DNA of 28,701 bases from a virus. Location of the stretch: positions 98,321 through 127,021 of the IMG/VR virus record IMGVR_UViG_2788500300_000002. The stretch is one strand, 5' to 3'. The position numbers were made by a program, and so were the translations under genes. Within the stretch, counting starts at the first letter, position 1. The number at the start of each line of letters is the position of its first letter. Positions 15,607 to 24,995 of the stretch are shown piece after piece. The notes below the pieces were generated by a model. The model worked only from the letters and a program-made list of their open reading frames with translations. It was not told the origin of the DNA and ran no database searches.

Positions 15607-16179
15607 TCACTGGCTGAGTATATCTAAAATCGTCTTTTCTACCTCGCCTGTAATATGAATATCATGAAACGTATCGACCTCGTGCCAGTTCTTGAAGTTG
15701 TACGGCATAAGTGGAACGGTCTCAATCTTGTGATTGATTCTTTCATCTTTACTGCCATATACGATATGAACTGTTCTATTTATAAATTTATCTTCTCCAT
15801 CATCCCAATCATAAAAATATTTTTCAAATTGCTTGACATAATCTTTTAACACAAATTCTTTTCTATCGTCGCCGCTTAGGTGCAGAAACGGCAAAAAACA
15901 GGGATTTAGAAAAATAGCTTTATCAAAACCATAATTCGTATGAAGAATATATCCGGCAAAACAGCCCATACTTGTCGCAATGAGGATTTTCTTCGTGCCG
16001 TCTTTCATATCATATCCGTGCATGAACATCTCATATTTCAGCTTTGACAGGGACGGAGTAATGCCGCCGCCATGATTCAAAGTAGGGGAAATAATAGTTT
16101 CTGCCGGAAAGTGTTCTTTCAGCCATTCATATTTTGAATTGTTTCCTTTACCATTGTAGCCGTGGATATTGATTATCAT
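15607..16179 (-). CDS. YqiA/YcfP-like alpha/beta-fold esterase
   Basis: IINIHGYNG oxyanion motif, nucleophile elbow ATSMG, LNP, candidate Asp (SKDERI) and His (TFHDI). Confidence 0.8.
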   Translation of the reverse strand: MIINIHGYNGKGNNSKYEWLKEHFPAETIISPTLNHGGGITPSLSKLKYEMFMHGYDMKDGTKKILIATSMGCFAGYILHTNYGFDKAIFLNPCFLPFLHLSGDDRKEFVLKDYVKQFEKYFYDWDDGEDKFINRTVHIVYGSKDERINHKIETVPLMPYNFKNWHEVDTFHDIHITGEVEKTILDILSQ

Positions 16180-16227
16180 ACGGAACCCCCCTTCTATCTT
16201 GTGTTTGTTGTATCCGGTTCCTGTATG

Positions 16228-16971
16228 TCACCACTTGACCTTTATGTTGTAAAACGTGAGCGGGATCATATTGCGCGGGAAAACTCCGCCGACAAAGGGA
16301 AATAGGGACGGCAATATTCTAAGGTATGCATAATAATGCCCATCGACGTTGAGATGAATCTCGTCATATTTACCAAATTCATCCTTTTCCAACGTCTGCA
16401 TATCGTGTGATACCGATATGTATTCGTCTATAAGGTGTTTTAATGCATCGCGCAGATACAAGTTATATATGGAGGCCGAGTATATCAGGTGCTTATCGTT
16501 TATAGGCATCATATCGGCCTCTGTGTCGTATATGTCGTATCGTATGGACATATCCGACTTATCTTTAGCTTCCAGACGATAGAGAATCATATGGGAGCTT
16601 CTTATCAGCTCTTTGTTTATCATCTCAGCAATAACCGGCACAATTTTTTGAAGCCCATCTTCGTCATACACGGCATATTCGGCAAAGGCCATGAGGTATA
16701 AAACGTTTCTGTTCGCCTTCATAGCCTTATAGCCTTTAATCCTCATATCCTTCCAAGCGCAGCTTAATTTTATGTACTGCATACGGTTGGCTTTTATGAA
16801 GTCGAGAAGCTCAGACTCTTTGCTGAGATTGACATCCGCAAGGACGAAGGGGATATGGCTGTACAGCATGACCAGCAGCTTGGAATGGTCTATTTCGTGT
16901 ATCTCTTTCTTGGGGTATTCGTTGTTGATGATACGCTCTTTTACGATTTTGTCTTTATCCAGCATGTTCAT
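16228..16971 (-). CDS. Hypothetical protein
   Basis: Likely start ATG 16971 (SD AGGAG at 16976-16980, 1 nt after the upstream stop) rather than 17037. Confidence 0.7.
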   Translation of the reverse strand: MNMLDKDKIVKERIINNEYPKKEIHEIDHSKLLVMLYSHIPFVLADVNLSKESELLDFIKANRMQYIKLSCAWKDMRIKGYKAMKANRNVLYLMAFAEYAVYDEDGLQKIVPVIAEMINKELIRSSHMILYRLEAKDKSDMSIRYDIYDTEADMMPINDKHLIYSASIYNLYLRDALKHLIDEYISVSHDMQTLEKDEFGKYDEIHLNVDGHYYAYLRILPSLFPFVGGVFPRNMIPLTFYNIKVKW

Positions 16972-16972
16972 C

Positions 16973-17566
16973 TTACTCCTCTGCCACAAGGTCTCTATGC
17001 AGAACAAAACTGGCCTCTTCCAACGAAGAAAAGCCAATAGTCAGGTAGGCTGAATCGCCTTCTTTTTCAATCTCTGCATCTCTAAAGTATAATTTCTCGC
17101 CGTCTCTGGGGATGTACAAGCCGCTGACGAATGTGTCCTTGAGTATCATACGCCCTTCTAACTGATTTGTAGGTATTGTTACGAATATGCAGTTTCTTGA
17201 TTTATAGAAGAACCTCTTATCGTTAATGTCTATGCCTCTGATGGCATTGTAAAAGTTCTCAGGTTTATAAAACCTACCCTGCCATTCACTTTCATAATAT
17301 ACTTTGAAGTTCAGCATGTTTTTATATTTTTTCTCTATCAATATGTTGCTGAATAAGTATTTATGTCCATTTTTTAACATAAAAGTATAGTTTAAGCGTT
17401 CAGAGCAAAATCTTAAATGACGCTCTTTTGACACAATTTGAGCCGCAATCTCTTTCTCGTCAACACAGAAATAGTCCCCTGCCGGAGAATAGTCGCAGTT
17501 GATGCCGTCAAAAAGTATTTTTGCTGTCATAAAATCAGAGTACATAGCAGCTTTCATTCTTTGCAT
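16973..17566 (-). CDS. Hypothetical protein, paralogue family member A
   Basis: Shares GINCDYSPAGDYFCVD, KNGHKYLFSNI and LKDTFVSGLYIPRDGEKLYF blocks with 18102..18671 and 18944..19613. Confidence 0.75.
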   Translation of the reverse strand: MQRMKAAMYSDFMTAKILFDGINCDYSPAGDYFCVDEKEIAAQIVSKERHLRFCSERLNYTFMLKNGHKYLFSNILIEKKYKNMLNFKVYYESEWQGRFYKPENFYNAIRGIDINDKRFFYKSRNCIFVTIPTNQLEGRMILKDTFVSGLYIPRDGEKLYFRDAEIEKEGDSAYLTIGFSSLEEASFVLHRDLVAEE

Positions 17567-17804
17567 TTCTATATCACTCTTTCTTGTTGAAAATTTTTAT
17601 TTTATGTTTTCGGTAAAGCATAAAAAGTACATGGGGCAAGAAAACTATTTTTTACGCGGCGGCAGTTACACATAACATAGATTCATGCCATACACTGCCG
17701 ATTTTTCTCTTTTAAGCCGACGGCAGAAGCCGTACACTTACAAAACAGACAACCATTTAACCTTGATAAGTTGAAAAGAATGCGCCGATTAACGACAAGG
17801 ACAT

Positions 17805-17833
17805 ATTATATAGACATAAACAACAAATGTCAA
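17805..17833 (-). promoter_or_regulatory. Consensus sigma70 promoter, leftward
   Basis: Minus strand TTGACA (17833-17828), 17-nt spacer, TATAAT (17810-17805). Confidence 0.85.
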
Positions 17834-17863
17834 TGGTTTTTCAAGAAATACATGTATTTTGTA

Positions 17864-17892
17864 TTGATATTAGTTAAAGGAACGTGTATAAT
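17864..17892 (+). promoter_or_regulatory. Near-consensus sigma70 promoter, rightward
   Basis: TTGATA 17864-17869, 17-nt spacer, TATAAT 17887-17892. Palindrome AAATACATGTATTT (17846-17859) lies between the two promoters. Confidence 0.75.
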
Positions 17893-18101
17893 AGCCAAGC
17901 CAAGAAATTTATTGGTCGCTTATCTAACGCAGGGAAACACCTATTATCGAACTGAATAGCGAGTAATCTGTATTTTATATATAACGCTCAAAAAAAAAGC
18001 ACAACGCCGCTTGGTAGGTAAATATAGCTATTCTATATCTTTTATGATAATAAAACGGTCGTGCCTACAACTGTCAAAGCCTGATACAAGTAAAAAGGAG
18101 A

Positions 18102-18671
18102 ATGATATATATGCCGAGACCGAAAGTGAATGTTTATGTCAGCTACGATAAAGCTCCTGTAGTGAAAGGTGCGAAGTGTGATTATTGCCCAGAGGCGGAT
18201 TGTTACTTTATCGACGTTGATGAGCTTAGGGGAAAAATGCGGGTAAGCAGCGTATTCATGGAAAGAGCCTTCTTCGACAGGCAAGGTGAGAAATACTTTT
18301 TCAGCAATCTCCATGTGATGAAAGGCCGCAAGGGGATAACTATAGAGGCCGTTTTTGAAAAAGATGGCTGCGACGAATTTATCACGATTGACGAGCTTGA
18401 TAACGTCATAGCAAATGTTGAAACTACAGATTTTGAGATTATAGAAAATGGGGGAGACTTCCTCAGTAATTGTAACTGTTCCCAGTTCTGCATAAACAGA
18501 ATACCCAGTAAGGATTTTTTGAAAGACGCCTTTATGCGCGGGGTGTATGTCGTAAAAAGGGGAAAAAGGCGTTACTTCTCACGTTTTCATGTGGATAAAG
18601 ATAAAGAATGCGACATTACGGTAATCTTTGATGTCGACGATGACAATGCGTTGATTAAAAAGAGAGGATAG
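18102..18671 (+). CDS. Hypothetical protein, paralogue family member B
   Basis: GAKCDYCPEADCYFID, RQGEKYFFSNL, LKDAFMRGVYVVKRGKRRYF. SD AAGGAG upstream (start may be ATG 18111). Confidence 0.75.
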   Translation: MIYMPRPKVNVYVSYDKAPVVKGAKCDYCPEADCYFIDVDELRGKMRVSSVFMERAFFDRQGEKYFFSNLHVMKGRKGITIEAVFEKDGCDEFITIDELDNVIANVETTDFEIIENGGDFLSNCNCSQFCINRIPSKDFLKDAFMRGVYVVKRGKRRYFSRFHVDKDKECDITVIFDVDDDNALIKKRG

Positions 18672-18685
18672 CGACAGAGCGGATT

Positions 18686-18931
18686 ATGAAACATAAACAC
18701 TTGACGGACATAGAACAAAGACATCTTAAAAAAGTAAGAAGAAAATTACGGGGATATGAAAGAGTGATGCTTCGCAGCGGCTTTGTCGCCTCTAGGGCTG
18801 AAATTGAATGGTCGGTGAAAGAAATTACAAACAGCCCAGCCGATAAGTATTTGGGAATAGAGGACGCCATCGTCATTAAGCGTGGGCTAGAACAATTTAA
18901 ACAGGGGAAATATAAGGGCAACTGGCAATAG
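18686..18931 (+). CDS. Small basic hypothetical protein
   Basis: 81-aa ORF filling the gap between co-oriented genes. Confidence 0.55.
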   Translation: MKHKHLTDIEQRHLKKVRRKLRGYERVMLRSGFVASRAEIEWSVKEITNSPADKYLGIEDAIVIKRGLEQFKQGKYKGNWQ

Positions 18932-18943
18932 GACAACTCAAAC

Positions 18944-19613
18944 TTGCCAATAATAGCTTTTGAAAGGACTGATTTGTTGAGTCCGCTTCCGAAAATAGAC
19001 CTATACATATATTTTTCAGGCGATGAAGATGAATTATTGGCAAAAGGTGTAAACGCCTACTATAACAGGAACAATGATTATTACTCAATAAAAGTTGATG
19101 ATTTGATTGGAAAAACATATTTACCGCCACATAAGGTTTTTATAGATAATGATGATGAGTATAGTTTTGAGAATATGGTAGATATAGTAATATTCTTAAA
19201 CATAAATGTATATTTTATGAAAAACGGCATAGAATATAATTATTCAAACATCTATCTTGAAAAGACTAAAAACAAAATTAACATCAAACTGATATTTGAG
19301 AGATACGCCCATAACAAATTCATCCAAATGCAAAATGCAAAATACAGAATCAGTGTTTAAAGAAATATCTGCTCCTAGGTATGTCAATACAAGGTTTAAC
19401 AGGCAATATTTTGAACTTCAAGAGTTATGTAATGAAAACCTATTAAAAAGCACCTATATGAATGGCCTCTATATACAAAGCGGCGATAAACGGCTGTATT
19501 TCAAAGGCGGTTATATTCATGAGAACATCAAAGAAGAGATAGCAAACACATTATTACATAATCCTCTTGATATAATCGTTAGTTTTGAAGAGCGAAAAGA
19601 ATATAGGATATAG
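18944..19613 (+). pseudogene. Paralogue family member C, split by a 7-bp tandem duplication
   Basis: ORF 18944..19360 matches the N-halves and 19296..19613 the C-halves of members A and B. (AAATGCA)2 at 19326-19339; removing one unit fuses the frames (..IQMQNTESVFKE..). Confidence 0.75.
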
Positions 19614-19712
19614 TAAATAATTTTTTTGAGATAAATAAAATCTGCCGACAAAGAAATTGCTGATTAGAGATGTATTGAGGTAATGATTTATTTTATGCGT
19701 CAGTGCTTGAAA

Positions 19713-19759
19713 AATAAACAAAGAGGCGGAATTTTTTATATTCGGCCTCTTTGTTTATT
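19713..19759. terminator. Bidirectional terminator
   Basis: 15-bp perfect inverted repeat AATAAACAAAGAGGC / GCCTCTTTGTTTATT between convergent genes. Confidence 0.82.
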
Positions 19760-19769
19760 AATAATTTCT

Positions 19770-20030
19770 CTATTTTATATTTTCGGCAATCTGCCTGACA
19801 AGAGCTTTTCCTGCATCGTTTTTCTGTTCAATATCAGTTTTCTGTTCGTCTGTTAATTTTGAAACATCATAACTTGCCATCCGGCAGAGCAAATATCCAA
19901 TATCTGTATAGACTTTTGAATGTTTTTTGGCTATACGCTCCTGTACTTTTTGTAATTTCTCTAAAAGCGTCTGCTCAATTTCTTCATCCGTGCGCCGCGG
20001 CCTTTTTGTTGTTGTTTGAGTTTTTGCCAT
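19770..20030 (-). CDS. Small coiled-coil hypothetical protein
   Basis: Likely start ATG 20030 with SD AAGGAGG; MAKTQTTTKRPRRTDEEIEQTLLEKLQKVQERIAKK. Confidence 0.7.
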   Translation of the reverse strand: MAKTQTTTKRPRRTDEEIEQTLLEKLQKVQERIAKKHSKVYTDIGYLLCRMASYDVSKLTDEQKTDIEQKNDAGKALVRQIAENIK

Positions 20031-20299
20031 GTATATTTCCTCCTTCAAAAATGCTTTATAATCCTTATTATTATAATAGCATTTTATTTCCAAGAAGGCA
20101 AAAATTTATTTCTCAAATGAGATATTTACGCCGTTATATTACGATAAGTGTAACATGTTGAGCATAATATTCTAGTCCTTTATTTATGCTGTCATTTCAT
20201 TTATTATACATATTATCTCCTTTACAACACAATAAATAGGGCCGAGCCATTAATTTGTTATAACAACCCGGCCTCTAACAAAATAAATAGTATATCTGT

Positions 20300-21829
20300 C
20301 TATCTCAAGGCATAATCAAACCATTCATCCTCTTTACCTAGAGCGTATTCAACTTTTATACTTTGCTCTCCATTTGTCTGAAGAACACGAAAAAACAACA
20401 TTCCATGCACCATTGTATTAAGGGCGGATTCATAGTATCCATCCACTGCAATAGTTTTTGACATTATGATTGTACCTTGGCTTTTTGGGTTGCATTCTAC
20501 TAAAATTTCTCTAAACTGCCAATTGGGTTTCTCCAGAGCGAAATCTATGGCTTCGCCTATAGTTCTGCCACCGTCATATACTCTTTGCTCACTTATTATT
20601 TCTTTTAAACGGCTATTGGGAATACTTGCAAAAGAATGATAAGCAGCAGCAACCCTGGCATAATATTCACAGCAGTCCTTCACTTTGACATACGCAGTTT
20701 TTCTTTTATTAGCATCTTCAACCCAATCAAACACTTTTTCTTTGGTAAGTTTATTGTAGATATTTGTATAGTATGCGGTGTCTTTTGCCTCCCCTGCACG
20801 GATGTCGTCAAGACATTTACGTAAAGTGTCAACTACATATTGTAATTTCCCGTGGCGGTCTTTGTAATGTTTATACAGCGCTGGACTTGTTTTTAATACG
20901 TTTTCTGATAGCCTCCACGGCGCTTTCCCGTCAGAGGCTACTATACCATCTAGTTTTATAGCGTCATCTTCGAGGGAATAGAAGGCTTCATCTGCATCTT
21001 TTTTTTGCTCATCTGTAAGATATTTTACGTCAAAACCTCGAAGAGTATCCCCAGATGCAGCTTTTCCGCCTGTTGATGATGGATTAGAAGACATATTCGT
21101 AGCGGCGCTATTATTTTGAGTATTTTGCTGAGGTGTTTCTGCAAAAGAGCGCCCCATTTCTTGCAGACGCAACTTAGCAATATCAGAACAATTTTTACCC
21201 CAATCAATAAAATTTGCATTGATTACCATTTCGTAGAATGTTGCAGCCGCACCAAGCCTTTGTTCATCAGGTAAATCGAATACAAATGGACAATAATCTC
21301 TTCCATGAGTTAATGTCTCAGCTACGATAAATGCTGCAAGGAGATTTCCTTTTTGAGCCATCTCATATAGTACATTAAAATCGTTGACGCTTCCTCCATA
21401 CGGGCCATGCATTTTACAGTAATAATAAAGCACTGTGCCTTCTTCAGAACCAAGTTGACTTGCCTTTAAAAAACATTGCATAGGTGTATCTGGCCTGGAT
21501 ACAACAGCCCATTTTGCTTTCCCGTATAGTATCCATGCGTTTGGGTCTTTGGAATTTTGCTGTACATATGCTTCTATCATTAACATATCCTTACCTGTCA
21601 AACGTTTCCCATAGTCGCTTTCTATATAAATATTTTTTAATTCTTCAAAACTTGGCAACTTTTGTGAATTGTTCAGGTTATTCATCAAAACTGATGGCAA
21701 TTCATTGACTAAATTCTGTGGCACAGGTATGCCTTGTGGAGCTGGAAATGCGTTGGCTGTTGATACATATACGCATATTACAACTAATGCTAGTGTCGAT
21801 ATAATTAACAATAGTGATTTTTTGTTCAT
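20300..21829 (-). CDS. Secreted protein with Sel1/TPR-like helical repeats
   Basis: Signal peptide MNKKSLLLIISTLALVVICVYVSTANA. DPNAWILYGKA, CFLKASQLGSEEG and YEMAQKGNLLAAF resemble TPR/Sel1 repeats. Low-complexity Q/N/S linker mid-protein. Confidence 0.65.
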   Translation of the reverse strand: MNKKSLLLIISTLALVVICVYVSTANAFPAPQGIPVPQNLVNELPSVLMNNLNNSQKLPSFEELKNIYIESDYGKRLTGKDMLMIEAYVQQNSKDPNAWILYGKAKWAVVSRPDTPMQCFLKASQLGSEEGTVLYYYCKMHGPYGGSVNDFNVLYEMAQKGNLLAAFIVAETLTHGRDYCPFVFDLPDEQRLGAAATFYEMVINANFIDWGKNCSDIAKLRLQEMGRSFAETPQQNTQNNSAATNMSSNPSSTGGKAASGDTLRGFDVKYLTDEQKKDADEAFYSLEDDAIKLDGIVASDGKAPWRLSENVLKTSPALYKHYKDRHGKLQYVVDTLRKCLDDIRAGEAKDTAYYTNIYNKLTKEKVFDWVEDANKRKTAYVKVKDCCEYYARVAAAYHSFASIPNSRLKEIISEQRVYDGGRTIGEAIDFALEKPNWQFREILVECNPKSQGTIIMSKTIAVDGYYESALNTMVHGMLFFRVLQTNGEQSIKVEYALGKEDEWFDYALR

Positions 21830-21873
21830 CCGTTCTATCTCCTGATATAATGTTTTTTCTATTATTTATACCT

Positions 21874-23664
21874 TTAGTAACACTCTTTCATTGTGCGTGG
21901 TCTAAACTCTATTCCAAGTTTTTCTTTTAAGTATGTTTTCAAAACAAATACTTCAATTTTTCGTGGTAATGTTTCATTATCCAAAAAATAACGTGTATGG
22001 TCTAGCCTATTATCTTCAGATGGCTTAACAACACGAAGGATGCGTTTTTTAGCGTTATCCTGAGTAATATCTAGCACTTCATCTCCATCATGTAGGGTAT
22101 CGTCACTCTTTTTCTTTGCTAAATCCCAACAAATAATACTATTCAATTTCTCAAAAGAATGATTAAACCTTTTATCAAGGAGGTTTTTAAATTCGACATA
22201 TGATTTATAACATTCTTTTAATGGCTTATTTAAATCTGCATTGTCTACTACGATAGCATCAATACCAGATTTTGTATCGTAATCAAGAATGGTAAAAGGG
22301 AATAAGTTTGGCTCTATTTGAGATAACTGCATAAACAATGTGTAGACACCAATCTCTTGCCTTGGCTCGACAAGCCTTATTCCTTTATAATCTGCTATCT
22401 TTGACTTATCGATATATTTTGTCCTTCTGTCAAAATCACGAATTTCTTTTTCTGTTGTATATATGGCGTTTATTTCTGTGTCAAGCATATCTAGGTCAGG
22501 TAAGGCAGTTTCGTGATATACCTTATCGTATATTTCCCACGCTTTTTCGCGCAGTGCTTCTAAAATATACGATTCGGTATTTTCAATAGACCCTCTATTA
22601 GCAGTTAATTTTAATGCCTGGCAATTTATAAAAGCATGAAATTTAGTAAACTCAGAGCCTTTTTCAACTATCCATTCATTTTTTCTTTGTACAGGGATGT
22701 AATCTTTGCAAATCCAAAGACCATATCTCTCCTGCACTGTATATGCACCTGGTTTGGGCCTTAGTTTTTTACGCCTTATCATAGGGTTGTATTTGTATTT
22801 AACATTGTTTCCTTCTATATAAAAAACAGCTTGTATTGCAATATGCCCAGCTTGTCCATTCAGATAATCATTAACAACAATGACTTTTTTACAATAATGT
22901 TTTGCTGCATCCAGTGTATAGCTTTTTAATAAACTTTTGCTATTAGTACTTTCAGGCGGAAAGACATGTCCAAATTCAATAACATCATATCCTGATTTTC
23001 TAGCATCCCAATCAATTCCTTTTAACTCTAGTTTAACGTCCTTATTTGTTAAAATTCCCAGTTCTTTTTCAATAGACCCCATTTTAGTGAACCATAATAT
23101 GTAATCCCGAAGTCTATCATGTGTAAATTTATCAGCTTTATTTCCATTGTACCCTTTGATGATAATTTTTGTATAGTGTTCACTACTGGCTGTTATTTCT
23201 TCTGTAACTGTAACTTTCGGGATATTACCATCATATAATTCTCTACGTGGGTTGGACAAGGTTGCCCTATATATTTTATTTGTATCAGATGTTTGTTTTA
23301 ATGTTTCTATTTCTATATTGTCACTATTAAAATATATTTTTGTCCCATGCCCCTTTTCTCCTATAAAGGCGCAACTATGTGGATTTTTATCCTTCTCATG
23401 TTTTCGTGTCGAATTACCTAAATCAAAAAATGATTGTAAATCATCAAAATCCATACCAGAGCCGTTATCTTCTATAATAATCTTAAACACATCATCGCCA
23501 TGTTCTCTTATAACATCAAAACCAAGTTTGATGCGGTCTGCTCCAGCGTCAAAGGCATTACTAATTGCCTCACGCACCAAATCCAAGGGGTTTGCAAAAT
23601 CAAGAGCTATTTCAATAAATTCTTGTGATGGTTTTACAGTTGGTATCAAGGTATGTTCTTCCAT
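21874..23664 (-). CDS. GHKL (HSP90/MORC-like) ATPase fused to a C-terminal PD-(D/E)xK nuclease-like domain
   Basis: REAISNAFDA (N box), IEDNGSGM (G1), GEKGHGTK (G2), LTANR. C-terminal GIDAIV...YVEFK. Confidence 0.8.
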   Translation of the reverse strand: MEEHTLIPTVKPSQEFIEIALDFANPLDLVREAISNAFDAGADRIKLGFDVIREHGDDVFKIIIEDNGSGMDFDDLQSFFDLGNSTRKHEKDKNPHSCAFIGEKGHGTKIYFNSDNIEIETLKQTSDTNKIYRATLSNPRRELYDGNIPKVTVTEEITASSEHYTKIIIKGYNGNKADKFTHDRLRDYILWFTKMGSIEKELGILTNKDVKLELKGIDWDARKSGYDVIEFGHVFPPESTNSKSLLKSYTLDAAKHYCKKVIVVNDYLNGQAGHIAIQAVFYIEGNNVKYKYNPMIRRKKLRPKPGAYTVQERYGLWICKDYIPVQRKNEWIVEKGSEFTKFHAFINCQALKLTANRGSIENTESYILEALREKAWEIYDKVYHETALPDLDMLDTEINAIYTTEKEIRDFDRRTKYIDKSKIADYKGIRLVEPRQEIGVYTLFMQLSQIEPNLFPFTILDYDTKSGIDAIVVDNADLNKPLKECYKSYVEFKNLLDKRFNHSFEKLNSIICWDLAKKKSDDTLHDGDEVLDITQDNAKKRILRVVKPSEDNRLDHTRYFLDNETLPRKIEVFVLKTYLKEKLGIEFRPRTMKECY

Positions 23665-23843
23665 TAGCTATTTCTCCTTAGATTAAATTTGTAGATAGCA
23701 TTCCCCAATAATTAATTGTATTATATACATCTATTTCTTGGATATCAATGATTCTCTATAAAACTTTTATTTTTTATCATCTATATGTTGTTTTAGTATA
23801 ACCACTCAGCCGATACCATCATATATATGAGGTGATTGTATCT

Positions 23844-24245
23844 ATGAGTGGTTTTGACTACAGGAAGATAGGGGAGAATATCAAGCGGCTTCGAGCCGGA
23901 AAAGGACTGACACAGGCTGTATTTGCCGAGCAGCTTGATATTTCTATAGGCTATCTGTCTGAAATAGAGACAGGCAGACAAATGCCCTCTTCCAAGAAAT
24001 TGTTTAAGATGATGGAACTATTAGAATGTACTCCTAACGAGATGATTCTTGGAGACGACCAGCCTAAAGTATATATTAGAGATAAAGACGAAAACTCAAT
24101 AGACAATCTGGAGGACACTATGAAGTCAGTCATCGAAATGATGAAAACAATGTCCCCAGACGAGAAATTTAAAATCTTCACGTATGCACGTGACCTGCAT
24201 TTTGCAACGGAATATCTGAAATTAAAAAATAGACAAAGAGGCTAA
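23844..24245 (+). CDS. XRE-family HTH transcriptional regulator
   Basis: IGENIKRLRAGKGLTQAVFAEQLDISIGYLSEIETGRQMPS. SD GAGGTG favours ATG 23844. Confidence 0.9.
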   Translation: MSGFDYRKIGENIKRLRAGKGLTQAVFAEQLDISIGYLSEIETGRQMPSSKKLFKMMELLECTPNEMILGDDQPKVYIRDKDENSIDNLEDTMKSVIEMMKTMSPDEKFKIFTYARDLHFATEYLKLKNRQRG

Positions 24246-24264
24246 TTTTTTAAATTTATAAGTT

Positions 24265-24834
24265 TTATAAGTTCAAGTTGAGATAGACGTTATCTAAATC
24301 ATCTCTGGTAATTCCGATATAAGACAACGTTATAGACGGGCTGGAATGATTCAGCAGCTTTTGAATAATAGTAATATCCATGCCTTTTTTATAGGCATGG
24401 TAACCGAAAGTCTTTCTCATAGTGTGAGTTCCGATAGAATCCTTTTCAAGTCCTGCATGAGCCGCAGCTTCATTTAATATTCTCCATGCCTGAATACGAG
24501 AAATGGCCTTTTTCCCCTTACGGGACTGGAAAAGGTAATCAGAACCGGTATCATCATTCAATTCGCCAAGATATTCTTTGATAGCTTTAGCAGCCGTATC
24601 ACTGATAGGGAAGTCCTTAGTCTTCCCCGTCTTCTGTTCAATAAGATGAATCCTATCTTTTAATTTGCCTTTATCAGCAACGTCATCAATTTTGAGGTTG
24701 AGCAAATCTGACACTCTAAGGCCGGAGTTGATGCCCAACACGAACAAACAATAGTCACGAAGATTTTTGCCTTTGAGATACTTCTTCATTTTTTCGAGTT
24801 TTTTCATGTCCCTGATAGGCTCAACTAATTCCAT
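24265..24834 (-). CDS. Short tyrosine recombinase (catalytic domain only, resolvase-like)
   Basis: MELVEPIRD N-terminus; SGLRVSD, EQKTGK, HTMRKTFGY, LNH and LSYIG give an intact active site. SD GGAGG. Confidence 0.92.
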   Translation of the reverse strand: MELVEPIRDMKKLEKMKKYLKGKNLRDYCLFVLGINSGLRVSDLLNLKIDDVADKGKLKDRIHLIEQKTGKTKDFPISDTAAKAIKEYLGELNDDTGSDYLFQSRKGKKAISRIQAWRILNEAAAHAGLEKDSIGTHTMRKTFGYHAYKKGMDITIIQKLLNHSSPSITLSYIGITRDDLDNVYLNLNL

Positions 24835-24972
24835 TCAGCAACCTCCATGTATTTAACAAACAATGATATTATAGCATATTATGTTACATAATAGAAGGGC
24901 GAATTTTTTATAGGAAATAAGAAAAAGGCCATAGGCCTAGGCTATAACTAGATTTATGGCTATTTTGTATAT

Positions 24973-24995
24973 GTAACACAATAAGATTGTGTTAC
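24973..24995. repeat. 10-bp inverted repeat upstream of the short recombinase
   Basis: GTAACACAAT-AAG-ATTGTGTTAC. A related half-site ATTATGTTAC lies at 24878-24887. Confidence 0.7.

Noticed and set aside
19770-20030. TraC/MobS-like mobilisation accessory protein
   Set aside because: Only a vague coiled-coil plus IG pattern, and no relaxase in the window.
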